Shown here: positions 11,531 through 26,908 of the stretch, piece after piece | Position numbering within the stretch: position 1 is the stretch's first letter | Layout of the letters: each line of letters starts with the position of its first letter | NCBI RefSeq assembly: GCF_009914755.1 | Contig: NC_060928.1 | From: the human T2T-CHM13v2.0 reference genome, Homo sapiens | Reading direction: 5' to 3' (one strand) | Length of the DNA stretch: 64,000 nucleotides | Made by a program: the position numbers and the translations under genes | Notes under the pieces: generated by a model | The model's input: the letters and a program-made list of their open reading frames with translations, nothing else | Database searches by the model: none | Told to the model about the DNA's origin: nothing

Positions 11531-14500
11531 ATGATGGCTTTCTTAAAATTATTTCCTTTCTTTTATTTTATATTTTTGTAAAAATTAAGAATATGTGAAT
11601 TAATTTGAAGGCTGTTTTACACATAAAGAGAACTTTTCTTATCATGTACTTGTTACTCATTATATTGGCCAATACAGATTTCTTTTGGCTGATAAAATAA
11701 GTATATGTCAATGTCAAATAATCTAGGTAACATACTTCCATTTCTAAACATTTTAAAATATTAATAGTGATTTGGTACTTTAAAAATTGACTTGAAAAAA
11801 TTTTTGATAGAAGAAAATTCTCACATTTTAGTTCGATTAGATTTCCAGATCGTTTCAGGATAAAAAACATTCGTAAGTATGATCAATGTTCTAAAAGCAA
11901 TGGGCAGGAAGGTATTAAAGCTTAGGAAGTCTGGGTTTGCAGCTTTTCATGGAATTATCAAGACAGGATAAATCAAATAAAAAAATCTATCCTAAAAAAT
12001 AATTAAATTCTGGTATCTCTCTTTTGGGAGATACGTGAAAATAGGTTGTGCACATGATAAAGCCTTATAGAACAGGAGTTATAAATGCCGTCATACCACT
12101 GCCCTACTAAGGTTATAGGGTCCGTTTCAAGAGAAGGCCGTTGAAATTTGGATCTTGTAATTAATTTTTTGTTCTAATTAACAAAAGTACTATAAAAACC
12201 TTTATTTTGTTTTTAATATAGTTTACAGAATTTAGTTTTAATATTGCTTAAAGGTTCCTGACCTATCTGGTTGTTAGAAAAAGGAACTAAATAATGTGTT
12301 TTTTAAAAGATTGGGCCCCCGTAACATAAAGGCATAGAGGAATGGCCATCTTCTGATCCATTGTTCAATTATCTGGCACTGCAGATGTACCCCTCAACAT
12401 GCCCAGCAGCCTGACCTGGAGTCCAGATTCATGGGAGTGACTCTGCAATGAAATATGGACACACGGCTCATATGTACCCTCGAACGTCCTTGTGACATTA
12501 ACAAAAAATACCTGTGATTGCAAATTCACACTGAGGGATGCCTAGTATAGAGGATAAAGCTCTTTTCAGGGTTGTGAAACATACGGGGGATGAGAACTGA
12601 CATACACGTAGACATCTATTCCATTTACATGGCTCTTAATTGAGTTTTGTCTTGGTAATAGGGCTGGTCCTGAGTAAGCCTAGGCTAAAAAGATGTCCCT
12701 GGGGGTATTGACCTACAGGAGTTGATATGTTTGGGGGTGTGGGAGAGGGGAGAGCATGTGTGAGATATGAAGATGCCTGTTCCCTGGACTTGCCCAGGAA
12801 CACTCCAGTGGAGAGAGAGTACGTGGGAACTTAGGAACTGTTTTCCATTAAACTCAGGACACTAATTGTGCCAGAGTCCAGGTGCTAATGTGGGACACAG
12901 CACTGTGGAAGGGTGTTTTCCCACTCTTTTTTCTCATACATAGACAGCTTTGATAGTGGCAGATGCAGAATAAATTGTGGGCCCTGCCCACGCTTGGGAA
13001 GGCTGGAGCAGAAGATGTCAGTGAACTTATTCCTGTGCATGGAGGAGCAGAGGGAGATGCTGCATCTGCTGCCGGGGCTCTTGAGCCAGCAAACTTGCAA
13101 TTATTAGTGTCCTGGGAGCATTGCCATTACACTTATATCTGTGTGATTTCCAGGGCCCAGCCTGAGTCCATATCTCTGACTCTTGACAGAAGTTGGTATC
13201 CACATACCAAAGGTTATCTATAAACTAAAATAATTACAAATGAGACAACACCGCAGTTGTACAGTGGCATTTACTGATCATTCACAATGCGTTCCTGATC
13301 TCTTCCATATGTTGAAAACAGATGACCTGAGCATAATTCCACCCCCTTCCCCATTATTTTTTGTTTTCCATTTCCAACGTCTGTTTTACTATGACCTCCA
13401 AATCATTCATGTAGCTAAAGTATTGACGGTTCACCAGTCCCTTCTGGGTTGTTGTGTTCAATCTCAGATTTCTGTCTTTGCAGCAACACATGTGGCTATT
13501 TCTCACTGTTGTTTTCTCTTAAAGATTGTTCCAGGTGCAGAGTTTGACATGATGCTTCTCCTCTCCTAAACCCTGACTTGTAGCCTCCTTGTGACAGGAG
13601 ACATTATGTAAAAAAGATGTCAGGGGAGAATGAAGGGAGAATGAGATCAGTCAACTTTGTTTTTCCTTTCTGTGCTGTGATTGTTTTTCCCTCTCAATTT
13701 TCTTTTGACCTTGCATAACACGCCTATACTCATATCTGAAGGAGGTGCGTTGCACCGGGAATTTCCATTTTTACAGCTTTCAAAATTCCCTTAATCTTTA
13801 TGAGCCCAAATGTTTAGAAGTTACTTGTTTAATTATGTGTGTGTGTGTGTGTTTATGAGAAATATGGTGCACTTAAGTATTGCAAATTTCTGCTAATTGA
13901 TAGGATAGACAGGGAAAATCAGTGTGCTGATTTCCAAACAAAGAGAAGAGTGCTTTTAGGGACTAGTGGCTTCAGAGAATTTTCACCAACTACCTTCACA
14001 TTTCATAGAAAAGCTATATTGTTTAAAACTTTAGCATGTGGGTGGATGAGTGTGTGTTTGTGTGTGTGTGTGAGTGTGCAGTCTAATCCAATAGTTCATT
14101 CTGAGCTAGGTTAAAAAGAACACAGCACCAGAACAAATTCTTGTTTCTTATTTATGTACCCAACTACTTTTCTTTTTTACTTTTTTTTGAGAATCATCCT
14201 TTAAAGTCCAGTTGTTTTCATGACTCCTCTCCCAACAAAACATGAGTACTTTATTTTCTAAAATTGTCAATGCCTTGTGCTGTCAATGCCTGTGCAGTTG
14301 GTGCTTAATGATATAGTGTTAATTTATTTTGACTTTTCCCAAGTGTATGTACTTTTCCCCATAGAAAATGGCGAGTCTCTTACAGACAGGAAATATACTT
14401 TATATTTCTTTTATCTGATGATTTCTCACACATAAAAGATCTTTAATAAGTATCTAAGAGATCTATCCTGGATTTTCCTATTTATTGTCTGTCCTTTAGT

Positions 14501-14819
14501 CCTCGGATGAAGCAAAGATAAAAAATTTTTGGTTTAAGAAAATCTAATTGGTACGAGGAGGAAATGTTGAAGCTAATGCATCTTTGAGTTGAGATATCAA
14601 ATCATTTTATGCTATGCCTAGGTCCATTATCAGGGATAATTGGGAATTGCCTGCATTATAACTGCATGAACTGCCTTGGTTATCTATTAATATGGATCAG
14701 TCACAAGGAATTTCTCTGCTTCTCTCTTATAAACTCCAGATGTACGTCTGAGATTAATTCAATCTTTGCTTTCCCCGATTCACCATTTGTTTTTCTATTC
14801 AATCTAGTCACCTTTCAAG

Positions 14820-15100
14820 CAGCTGGAGTGGAAATACCAGAATGTTCATCTCTGATGCCTGATCCTTTCGTTCTTTCTTTTGTTGTTTTATTTTCTTTGT
14901 GCATGCATAAAAGTTTCTTGGCAAGTTCCCATGATAGCATTAAAAACTCTATAGTCTCTGTAGTTTGCATGAAGTCTCTGTGTAAGAGTCAAAGGAAAAC
15001 TATGCATGAAAGATCATAGGGAAGGTTTTGCCATCTCACCATCATGGGAAGAAATAAGAGATACCAACATTTAGAAGCTCTTTAGATCATTAATTCTAGG
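14820..15100. repeat. Ancient duplicated element C, copy 1 (partner about 16862-17140)
   Basis: Core 14961-15064 aligns ungapped to 17003-17106 at 77/104 (74%); weaker gapped similarity extends about 140 bp upstream. Confidence 0.85.
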
Positions 15101-15528
15101 AGTTGAGATGAGACATGAACTAAAAATTATTTTGTTTACAAATCCCATTTTCATTCAGCAACTCCCCCCCTCCAATCCCACAATAGAGCTAAATACAATG
15201 AACACATAGACTTATACAGTAAAGAGAAATTTCCCTAAAGGCACAGAGATGAATGACAGGTTAAGCCAATTGACAGGATCAAGTCTAGGTGCAAAATAAG
15301 ATTGATTAAAGAATGCCAATGAGTGAAAATTATGGAAAGCATTAATGGGCTCATAAAATCTTAGAATTTGAAAGAGATATCTCTTTTGATATAACCTGCT
15401 TCTAGGTAGAGGACTTCTTTTTACAACATCACTGATAAATAAACCACTAGCCTTTAAAAAATTAGTTCTGATCACGAGATGCAATGAAATCTAAAGAATT
15501 AATTGTTGATCATCATTAAACAAAGAAA

Positions 15529-15825
15529 TTTGTTTGTTTGTCAGAGGCAGGATCTCACTCTGGTTGCCCAGGCCGGAGTGCAGTAGAGTGACTATGGCTC
15601 ACTGCACCTCAACTTCCTGGGCTCGAATGAGCTTCCCATTTCAGCCTCCCCAGTAGCTGGGACTACAGGTGCATGCCACCAGGCCCAGCTAATTTTTGTA
15701 CTTTTAGTAGACACAGGGTTTCACCATGTTGCCCAGGCTGGTCTCAAACTCCTGGACTCAAGTAATCCACCTGTTTCAGCCCCCTAAATTGCTGGGATTA
15801 TAGGCGTGAGCCATGGTGCCTGGCC
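15529..15825 (-). mobile_element. Alu (AluJb-like)
   Basis: Reverse-complement Alu dimer with (TTTG)n tail, ending GCCTGGCC. Confidence 0.94.
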
Positions 15826-16389
15826 AAAAGGAAAAAATTGTTTAAAAATTTAGGTAAAATCTTCCTTCTTATAATTTCTTATTGATTTAAGTTCTACCTT
15901 TAGTAAAAACTTGACTGTCTACTCCTTGTTTCTATGACAGCTGTTCAAATAAAGACTTTTCTATAAATTCTAACCATTTTTTCCCTCTAATTATCCTTCC
16001 AATGGAACTTATCTACCTGAAAGCCCTAGCTAGAACAGTACATGCAAAATCCACATTTAATTTAAATAATTATATTTTAAGGTAGTACCAACTAGATAGT
16101 AGTTCAGAAAAAAATAGGACTTTAGGGTTTTAGTTGGGCAAGCTCAGTATAATTAGCATTGAGACTCAGCAGTTATAAAACAATCTCAGGCATAATTAAC
16201 AGAAAAACGTTTAGCTAAACACATGGTTATTATTTTTGTTTGTAGCTTCAACTTCACTGTAAGAATTATTTTTTCATGTAATTTTCCAAGTTGGGTCTAT
16301 GACCATTAGAAGAGTTATTTCAAGGCAAAATCAACCATACTTCCCAGGTTTATGGATTCCAACTAATTGTTAGCATTAGCTTTTGATAT

Positions 16390-16770
16390 TCATTTTAATT
16401 CAGTAAGCATAAACTTACTGTTTGCTTTGTGCAACAGTACTATGCTAGGTTCTAGGGTGAAAAAGACATTATCCTTGCTCTTAAGAAATTTTCATGGAAA
16501 AGGCAGATTTATAACTATTATACAAGATGACAAGGCTTTAAAGAGAGGAATATATTAATATAATGTATTATGAAATACAAATCATGAAAAAATTAATTCT
16601 GCATAGTATCATCAGGGAGCAATAAAGAGAAGTGTTAACATTCAAACTAGACCCTGATGTCTGAATTGGACTGAGAACTTCCAGACCTAGGGAGTACCTG
16701 GAGCAATGACACAGAAGGCTTGCAAGATCATGGCATGTCAATGAATGGCAAGAAGTCTGTAGAGACTAAA
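16390..16770 (-). mobile_element. L2 LINE 3' end
   Basis: Degenerate antisense L2 terminus: TACTATGCTAGGTTCTAGGG, ATCCTTGCTCTTAAGAAATTT, ATCAGGGAG. Confidence 0.6.
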
Positions 16771-16861
16771 CTTTTTCAAGAACATTCCAGCTCTGGTGTT
16801 ATAGTTTCAGTTACAGTATTGTGAGAAAGGTCAGTGAATTATGTATAAAACAGAATTCAAA

Positions 16862-16905
16862 TAGCTAGAATTCAAAATGCTCATCTTGAGCCTTCTTTCA
16901 TTTAT

Positions 16906-16944
<39 letters not shown>

Positions 16945-17140
16945 CAGAAAAACTCATTGGTGTGTTCCTGTAATAACATTCAAGCTCTACACTCATTTTC
17001 CATAGTTTGTGTGAGGTCTTTGTGTCAGGGTCGCAGGAAAACATTGTGAGAAAAGCCATAATGAAGATCTTGCTACCTCACCATCATGGAAAGGGTTAAA
17101 AGATACTTTTACAACTTCTGAGTTTATTAACTCAAAGAAC
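16862..17140. repeat. Ancient duplicated element C, copy 2, with an internal (GT)n at about 16911-16941
   Basis: Shares CTCACCATCATGG, AGGAAAAC, TAGTTTG and AGATAC blocks with copy 1 at an offset of 2042 bp. Confidence 0.85.
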
Positions 17141-17399
17141 CAGGTTTAAAAGTCTCTGTCTTCTTCCTTTCAAATGCATCATCTTATTCATTAAAAATTA
17201 TTTCTCCCAAATTCTTATTAAAGATTTCTAAACAGGGAGATGACATTATCTGATGCATACTTGGGTAGATGACTGATGGCAATGTGGAAATGGATCAAAG
17301 GGTGGAGCTTGGAGAATGGTGATTACCATACGCCATTTGAGAAATAATAGGATTCTAGATCACGCCCATAGCACCAGGGCTGAAAAGGAAGAAACACAG

Positions 17400-18200
17400 A
17401 CAAATTAGAAGGATATAGGATATGGATGGTGGGGTCAGGAGAGGAGTGGACAGTAATTTGATTGTTTCATCTTGGATGACAAAGGGATGGATGTTGGATT
17501 TATTGAGAGATTGTATTAGAGGACGATGAGCAATTATAGAAAAAAATAAATTTAATTTTAAATAAATTGAATTTAAGTTATCTATAGAGCATACAGAAGG
17601 AGATTTTTAATGCAGAATTAAGAGTATCAGTCTGGGTTCAGGAGAATGGCCAGGGCTAGAGGAAATCTAGGGATAATAGCTGAAATACATGAAGCAAGAA
17701 GCCAAGAGAACAGAGTATGTACAGAAAATTGGAGAAGACCAATAATTAAAGTATGGACAGAGAAAGAAGAGTCAATGGAAAAAAGTTAAAATAAGTCATT
17801 AGAAAGATAGAAAGAGGATAAGTATTTCTGGTAAGTTTAAAAAGGAGAGTATTTCAAGGAATTATTTATTAGTGACAGATATTGTGGGTTCAATGAAGAG
17901 GTTGGTAAGAAGACCACACATTTGATATCTGGGAGGGTTTTTTTGTGATATTTCTCAATAAAATGATAGGGATGGAAGCCACATAATAGTTGGCTGAGAA
18001 ATGAGAATTAGAAGACAGCAAGTGGAGACATAGAGTCTAGATAATTATATTTAAAGTTTGGCAGTAAAGGAAAGACAGCAAATAAAATGTAATTGGTGAG
18101 AAAACAGGAAGAGTGAAGATGGCACCTACTTGAGGGAAAAGATGGCCCAGGAAAGTGTTTCTTAGAATATTGGTAGGAGAGGGAGAAAGACTGAGTAAGA
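17400..18200 (-). mobile_element. L2 LINE, degenerate
   Basis: Purine-rich antisense L2 motifs, e.g. TTCAGGAGAATGGCCAGGGCTAGA, GGAGAGTATTTCAAGGA, AAGTTTGGCAGTAAAGGAAAG. Confidence 0.55.
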
Positions 18201-18439
18201 CAGGGTAGTTACTCTTGTAGCAAAACTAGTGGAGTTGGAAAGGATTAGAATTCACTGAAGTTTGTGCTTAATATGTTTATGTTTTATATACTTCATTTTG
18301 ATATTTGGAAGTATTTATTATATAATGAAAAATACTAGATGCAAAAAAGTTCTACAAAAAAAAAACAGAAAAATCAATGAATAAGGTCACTGTCTGAAAG
18401 CCTTCTAAAGCATTTGAGCCATAGATCATGAATTTTTAG

Positions 18440-19920
18440 TTATTTAAATTTATTTTTAAATTTTACTTTGGATAACAGGAATACGAGAGCTGAAAAATTA
18501 TAATTCTTAGTTCATAGCACACTTCTTAAATTATTTCTAATAATATCATAAACATATGTAATACCAACTCCCCAAACAAAAACTAAGATAATACCTGATG
18601 TCTGACATTAACGACCTCAACCCCAATATTATCACCCTGCTTCTCCCCACCTGAGGTAACTGTCATTCTGAATTCTATTCCATTACTTACCTTTCTTTTT
18701 ATATAGTTTTATTGAATATTTACACATTCCTAGAAAGTAGATATTTTTATTTTAGTTGGTTTTAGCTTTTTTAAAAGGGTACCATGCTGTATGTAATCTT
18801 CGGGACTTGTTTTTCCACTTAAGATATTACCACTAGGATTTATCCATATGGCTGTAACTCTGGTTAATTTATTTTTTCTAATGTGTAATATTTCATTGTG
18901 TGAGTATCCCGCAGTTCACTCACCATTCTCTTGTTGATGGGCATCTGGGTTGCTCCAGGTTTTTGCTATTGTGAACACGTGTTACTAGAACATGTTTCCT
19001 CTTGTACATGGGCAAAGACTTCTTTTAGTTGTATACCCAGGAATGGAATTGCTGGGTCATAGGTTTGTAAATGATCATGCTTAGGAGAAAATGCCAAACT
19101 CTTGTTCAAGTTGATGCATGATTTTACATTTCCACCAACAATATAAAAGGCATCCTGCGGCTCTACAACTTCTTAATGCTTCATTTTATTAGACTTTTTA
19201 TTTTTTTATTTTTATTTTTGCCATTTTGCTAGATATAAAATGGTACCTAATTGTGGTCTTGATTTCTATTTTCATGACTACCACGTAAATTAAATATCTC
19301 TTCATACATTTATTGGCTGTGTGTTCTTTAGAACATTTTTACATTAAATTGTTTGTGTTATTGATTAGTACAAGTACTTTATATAATTTTCATATTACGC
19401 TTTGTTCATTGTATATATGGTGAATGACCTTTCTATATTATAACCCATATTTTCATGTTATTTAAGGTTTCTTTTGATGAATAACAATTTTAATATGTCA
19501 AACTTAGGGTTTTTTGGGTTTTTTTTTTTTTCTGAGACAGAATCTTGCTCTGTCATCCAGGCTGGAGTGCAGTGGTACAATCTTAGCTCACTGCAGCCTC
19601 AACCTGCTGGGCTCAAGTGATCCTCTCACCTCAGTCTCCTGAGTAGCTGGGAATAAAGGCACGCACCACCACACCCAGCTGATTTTTGTATTTTTTGTAG
19701 AAATGGGGTTTCACCATGTTGGCCAGGCTGGTCTCGACCTCCTGGGCTCAAGTGATCCACCCCCCTCAGCCTCCCAAAATGCTGGGACTACAGGGGTGAG
19801 TCACAGAGCCTGGCCTATTTTTTTCTTTTATAGTTAATGGTTTCAGGTTTTGTTAGAGAAATCTTTTGCTACTCCAAGTCTAAGAAATATAAACCTATTA
19901 CTTACTATTAGATCTTGAGT
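18440..19920 (-). mobile_element. Ancient L1M fragment split by an Alu
   Basis: ATTCTCTTGTTGATGGGCATCTGGGTTG, ATACCCAGGAATGGAATTGCTGGGTCATAGG and TTTTACATTTCCACCAACAA are antisense L1 ORF2-end/3'UTR motifs. Confidence 0.8.
19510..19815 (-). mobile_element. Alu (AluJb-like)
   Basis: Full reverse-complement Alu dimer with poly-T tail. Confidence 0.95.
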
Positions 19921-20032
19921 TTTAAAATTATTATTTTAAAATGTTTTCTTAAAATGTTTTACCATATATTTTTATAATAAACTTTTTATTCTTAGATATA
20001 ATGCTGTTTTTGAAGTTTCAGAGCATTTCTGC

Positions 20033-20378
20033 TTTCTTTTTCTTCTTCCTCTTCCTCTTTTATTTTTCTTTCTTTTTTTTTTTTTTTTTTTCTAGAAACA
20101 GGGTCTTACTCTGTCCCCCGGGCTGGAGTGCAGTGATGCAGTCATAGCTCACTGCAGCCTTGAACTCCTTGGTTCAAGTAATCCTTCCACTTCAGCCTCT
20201 TAAGTAGCAAGGGCTACAAAGATGCGTCACCATGCCTGGCTAATCTTTTTTTATTTTTAGTAGAGACAGAGTCTTGCTCTGTTGTCCAGGCTGGTCTCCA
20301 GCCCCTTGCCACAAGTAATCCTCTTGCCTCAGCCTCTCAAAGTGTTGGGATTACAGGCCTGAGCCACCGTGCCCCGCC
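20033..20378 (-). mobile_element. Alu (AluJo-like) with long pyrimidine tail
   Basis: Reverse-complement Alu; TSD TTCTGCT. Confidence 0.94.
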
Positions 20379-20407
20379 CTTCTGCTGTTTTCAAAAAATT
20401 TGTTTTA

Positions 20408-20976
<569 letters not shown>

Positions 20977-22799
20977 TCATGCTATGTAAATACATGTGCA
21001 TATATGAATATGTTTGTCCCTTATTATATGTGACTTCCAGGCAGCAATGCTAATACAATATTTCAATCTGTAAGAACGATTTTGTGTTACTAAATAGGCA
21101 TCATCATTTATGCTTTTGAAAAGAGATTTTTTATTATGCCATGAGTCATTTCTCTAGTCCATTCTGAGACACTGATAAAAAAGATTTGTGATAGAAATAC
21201 TTTGGTATAATGTAAGGAGAATAACATGATTGCAAAATATTGGAAAAATAGCTAAATATATAGTAGCAGGCCCTATATACTAAATTTTTACATTCTGTCA
21301 CTTTCTAAATTCAAAGAACAAAAAAGTTAGAAGTACAAACTGAATTGGCAGTTTTTCCATCAAATTGTTGAGTTAGGTAGAAGAGAAAGTAGGTGAAGAG
21401 TGCCTGCTGCATGAGCTTACCTTTAGCAATCCTTCCCATTCAGCTTTTTATACAAATTCTTTGCCATACAAATTCCACATTATAAAAACTTTCTAGAAAC
21501 TGAAAGTTCTTTTTTTAAACTTTAAAAAATCCATTTTTTAAACAATGTTTGCCAACATATAATTCCAAACTGAAACCAGATGTCTTAATGTTTGCTGAAA
21601 AAAGTTATTTTATCATTTCACATGTACCCAGGTGTGTATATTTATATAATTTGTTTATATGTAATAGATTATGGTATATGAAAAACATTAAACAAACCTA
21701 CAGATGTGTTTGGCTAAGTGGTTCATCCAATAGGTAATGTATTTTACACATTATTTCATAGTATTCTGTTCGTTGGTTGTTGAGACTATGTTCAAATAGA
21801 AATGGAAAGGGGTTTATCACTAGAAACAGGTTTGATTTCCTTAAAAGGCAGTTGTTTCTTTTTTCCTTTGCTTCTCTGGAGAATTGGCTGCAAACTGGGA
21901 ATAGTTCTCCTCTGACTCATTTGCAGAGCAGCACTAGAGCATATAGAGTTCAGATAAAATTATAATGAAACATTCTAATTTGATGATGTGGAACAAGAGA
22001 GTAGTTTCTAAAAGAAAATTTTACAGATTGCGTTTACTTAAATCTGCTTTGCAGATAAAGTAAGTTGTTCCTTAAAAACAACTTAGTCCAAACATCGGGA
22101 TAAGATTTTCATTTGCCTTTCAAACTCAATATTGCTAGTTTGCCAGAAGACATGACATACACAGTTATATTAGGTAGCAATAATTTAATTCTTCATCAAG
22201 TATTTTGAAGGTAATGCAATGACTATTTTAGATTTCCAAGTCCATCAAAATACAGATTAAAAAGTTTTAAAATGTTTTTAAAAATATTATTAATTGTACC
22301 AACCAGACAGAATATGCTAAAATTAGGACTATTATGAAACTAAATATACATTTTAAAAATTCTATGGCAGCACCAGCAGAAATGTTTTGCCATTTTTAGC
22401 ATGGTGTTCCTAATGAATATATGCTTTGAATACAGACACTGATTCAGTCATGTGCACAAGTATTCAAAAATACTCATTGAATATTTAATCAAAAAGGCTT
22501 GCTTATTGAATACTTACATAATATGAGGGAGAGCAAATATTAGGCATTAATATGACAGGAAGCGCTAGTCGATCATTGCACTCATTCTTCTGAGCCTGGA
22601 TTGAGCCTCCCCTGTCTCTCAAGCTTGTTTCCTTGTCAGTCATTTGGAATTGATGAGAATTGGACTTTGAGCTGAAACCTCTTTGTAGTCACTGTACTTA
22701 GCCATACTCCCCTCTCATAATTTGGCTACTTTTTGCATACCGAAGTAATTGACTGAAAAAATAAAAGTTTATTCATCTAGGTATCAACTTTTAAAGCTG

Positions 22800-23770
22800 T
22801 TTTGATGTCAGTAAACATCAGTTAAGGGCATACCATAAATCAAACTGGGCTCTAGGGATGCCAGGATGAATATTATAAAGTTCTTCTCTTCAAAAAGCTT
22901 ACATATTATAGAGGCAGTCAAATATGTGACCCAATTAGTGTAATATGATTTTGCAAGTGTTATTGTAGAAGATGGTATAGGGGACAGTGGAGGCACAAAA
23001 GAGGATGGAGAGAGATCGGAAAGTTTTCTAGAAGGTGGAATATATAGCTCGAAATATGAGAAGGTGTCTTTCAGGATGGAGGAGAGAATCACAGAAAGTG
23101 TTCGAGGCAACAGCCTTAAGGCATAAACCAGCACGATCTGTTAAAGAGACTGAGTACAGGAGTTGGCTACAACCAGAGGCTCACTATGCAGCAAACAAGA
23201 TGTAGTGGAGAGTTAGGCAGGAGCCTCCTCATTCAGGGACTTGTGATCCCTGCTAAGAAGCTGGAGTTTGATAATGGCAATGGGAATCCACCACAGATAT
23301 TTAAATAATGGGAATAATATGATAACTGGTGGAGAAATTATTGGACGGATGAGAGACTGAAGGCTGGGAGAGCAGTTATAAAATTATCATTTTAGTATAG
23401 GTGGCAGAAATTAGTGGTAGAGAAGAGGAGATAGATACCATTGATGCAAAATAATTGGATCCTGTAGGATAAGGTGGTTGAAGAGTTGTGGGAGGCAATG
23501 AAGGAGAAAGAGGAATCTGGGATGACTTGGATATTTGAGCGGAATTTAGAGTAATTTGTGAAAACAGCGACTATAGGAGAAGGAATAAGTATGTAAGGAA
23601 AGATAAGGAGTTTACTTTTATGTATTTTTAGAGTGAGTTTGCTGAAGGACAGCCAGGGTGCCTAGTAAGCAATTTTGTATAAGAACTCAGAGCTCAGGAA
23701 AAGGGAAGGACTAGAATTCATCTGTGTGCAGCTGGTGGTTGAAGTCATTGGAGTGAGTGAGATCACCCAT
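22800..23770 (-). mobile_element. L2 LINE
   Basis: Antisense L2 motifs AAACTGGGCTCTAGGGAT, GGCAATGGGAATCCA, GAGAGACTGAAGGCTGGGAG, GGTGGTTGAAGTCATTGGAGTGAGTGAGATCACCCA. Confidence 0.7.
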
Positions 23771-24227
23771 GTCATAAAAAACAACTTTTATCTAAGTGAT
23801 TCGACTGTGCACGTATTAGAGTAAATACAAGAACACTTGGCACCCACAGTAGGCACAGCACCAGATACTTGTTCTGTCTTGGACAGAACTCTAAGAACAA
23901 AATAATCCACCATGGAACAGAGGAAAGGCAATAATTTTCTGTCTTTCTCTAAACTGTAAAGTAATTTAACCATCAAAAGAACTCTTTGTAGTTTGAGTGT
24001 AATGTAAGAAATATGTATTCCATACCCCAGATTTATTAAAATTGCATATTGGAACAATTTTGCTGAGGTTAAAATAAATCTTAAAACAAATAAATATTTT
24101 CACAGTACACATATGAAACCATTTTTTTTTGGACACCAATCATATAATAACCAGGCAGTAGGTGGGCAAACTGGCCAAATCAAGAATGATGTCTGGCTGG
24201 GGAAGATTGTTATTAAGATCCACCTGA

Positions 24228-25465
<1,238 letters not shown>

Positions 25466-26464
25466 ATGTCCAAGGCAAGCTTGCATAAAAAATGCCTCCT
25501 TGTACTTGAGTGTAATTTTTTAGCCATTGAGTAATTCCAGTGAACCATGTGTAGATTTGTTACTCTGGAGTTGTTTCTGTTACCCTTTTTAATTATCGAT
25601 TCGAATCAGGTGTTGTCTAAAGTAGATGTACGTCTGCATGATAGGGTTATTTCTTTCCCTGAAGAAATCCTTCAGGTTTACAGAAAGAAAAAAGTTGGCT
25701 TTCTGTAATATAAGAATATATATTATAAAAATATAAGCCATACAGGTAGATGATTCCTTTTGGAAGTAAAATGTATTTGTGGTGCTCCTTACTTTATCCT
25801 TCTAAATAATTCCCTGAGGAAACTCTAATAGTTTACTTACTAGCTTGATGGTGTAGTCAAACAGGTTTTGCTCTCCACTCTTTTTTTTTTGAACCCTCTT
25901 TTCTACCTGCATATTCACAGGATGTAGATATTTGCTACTTATATATTCTACTGGAACCTACATGTTTATAAAAAGGGACACATATCATCTTTGTTCATGT
26001 AACCAAAGAGGGTTAAGGTAACAGCCTTTTTTTTTTTTTAGAAGATCAACTGGCATTTTCTGATTTCTGTTAGTTGTGAATATAAGGCTTTTATTATAAT
26101 GGGATAGAGAGACTTAGTGTTGTCTTAAATTTTAAACTCCAGGGAGAAGTGTCTGGTATTTTTCACATTACGTTTAGAGATCCCAGACAGATATTCGGCT
26201 CCAGTCTGTTAAAAAATAAAATCTTTTTATTAGAGTATCATCCATATAGTATAGTTTAGCCATATTTGGACTAGCTGGACTTATCTATAAATATATCTTT
26301 AGTTATACATCTGTACTTATAGGACAAAGTAAATCTTTAAAATAAGATAATGAATTCCATGGATATCTATTAAAGGAACTGTGGTTTCTTGCATATATTT
26401 TGGAAAACAAAATATTCTCTGCCATACACACAACACGATGGCAGCTTCAGAAAATTGGTGTTTC

Positions 26465-26908
26465 CTGGCAGAGTCATGGAATCAACCTAAATGCCCATCA
26501 ACAGTAGATTGGAAAAAGAAAATGTGGTACATATACACCATGGAATACCGTGTAGCCATAAAAAAGAACAAGATCATGACCTTTTCAGCCACATGGATGG
26601 AGCTGGAAGCCATAATCCTAAGCAAACTCATGCAGGAACAGAAAACCAAATATCATATGTTCCCACTTATAAGTGGGAGCTAAACATTGAGTACACATGA
26701 ACACAAAGAAGGAAACAACAGACACCAGGGCCTATTTGAGGATGGATTGGGGAGGAGAGAGAGAATCAAAAAACTACCTACCAGGTACTATGCTTATTAC
26801 CTGGGCGATGATATAATCTGTACACCAAACCTCCATGACATGCAATTTACCTATATAACAAACCTGCACATGTACACCTGAACCCAAAATAAGTTAAAAA
26901 ATAATAAT
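26465..26908 (+). mobile_element. 5'-truncated primate L1 (older L1PA, PA15/16-like): ORF2 end plus 3'UTR
   Basis: Encodes SWNQPKCPSTVDWKKKMWYIYTMEY...MFPLISGS* (L1 ORF2 C-terminus); perfect 16-bp TSD AGAAAATTGGTGTTTC at 26449-26464 and 26909-26924. Confidence 0.95.

Noticed and set aside
14265-14295. TGTCAATGCCTTGTGC / TGTCAATGCCTGTGC tandem pair
   Set aside because: An ordinary two-copy slippage duplication.
21415-21510. Minus-strand 72-nt exon candidate (TTTCTAG| ... AAG|GTAAGC)
   Set aside because: Stop codons in all three frames, a short pyrimidine tract and no supporting neighbours.
26381-26881. ORFs with the WNQPKCPS...MWYIYTMEY motif
   Set aside because: L1 ORF2 C-terminal remnant in a truncated insertion.
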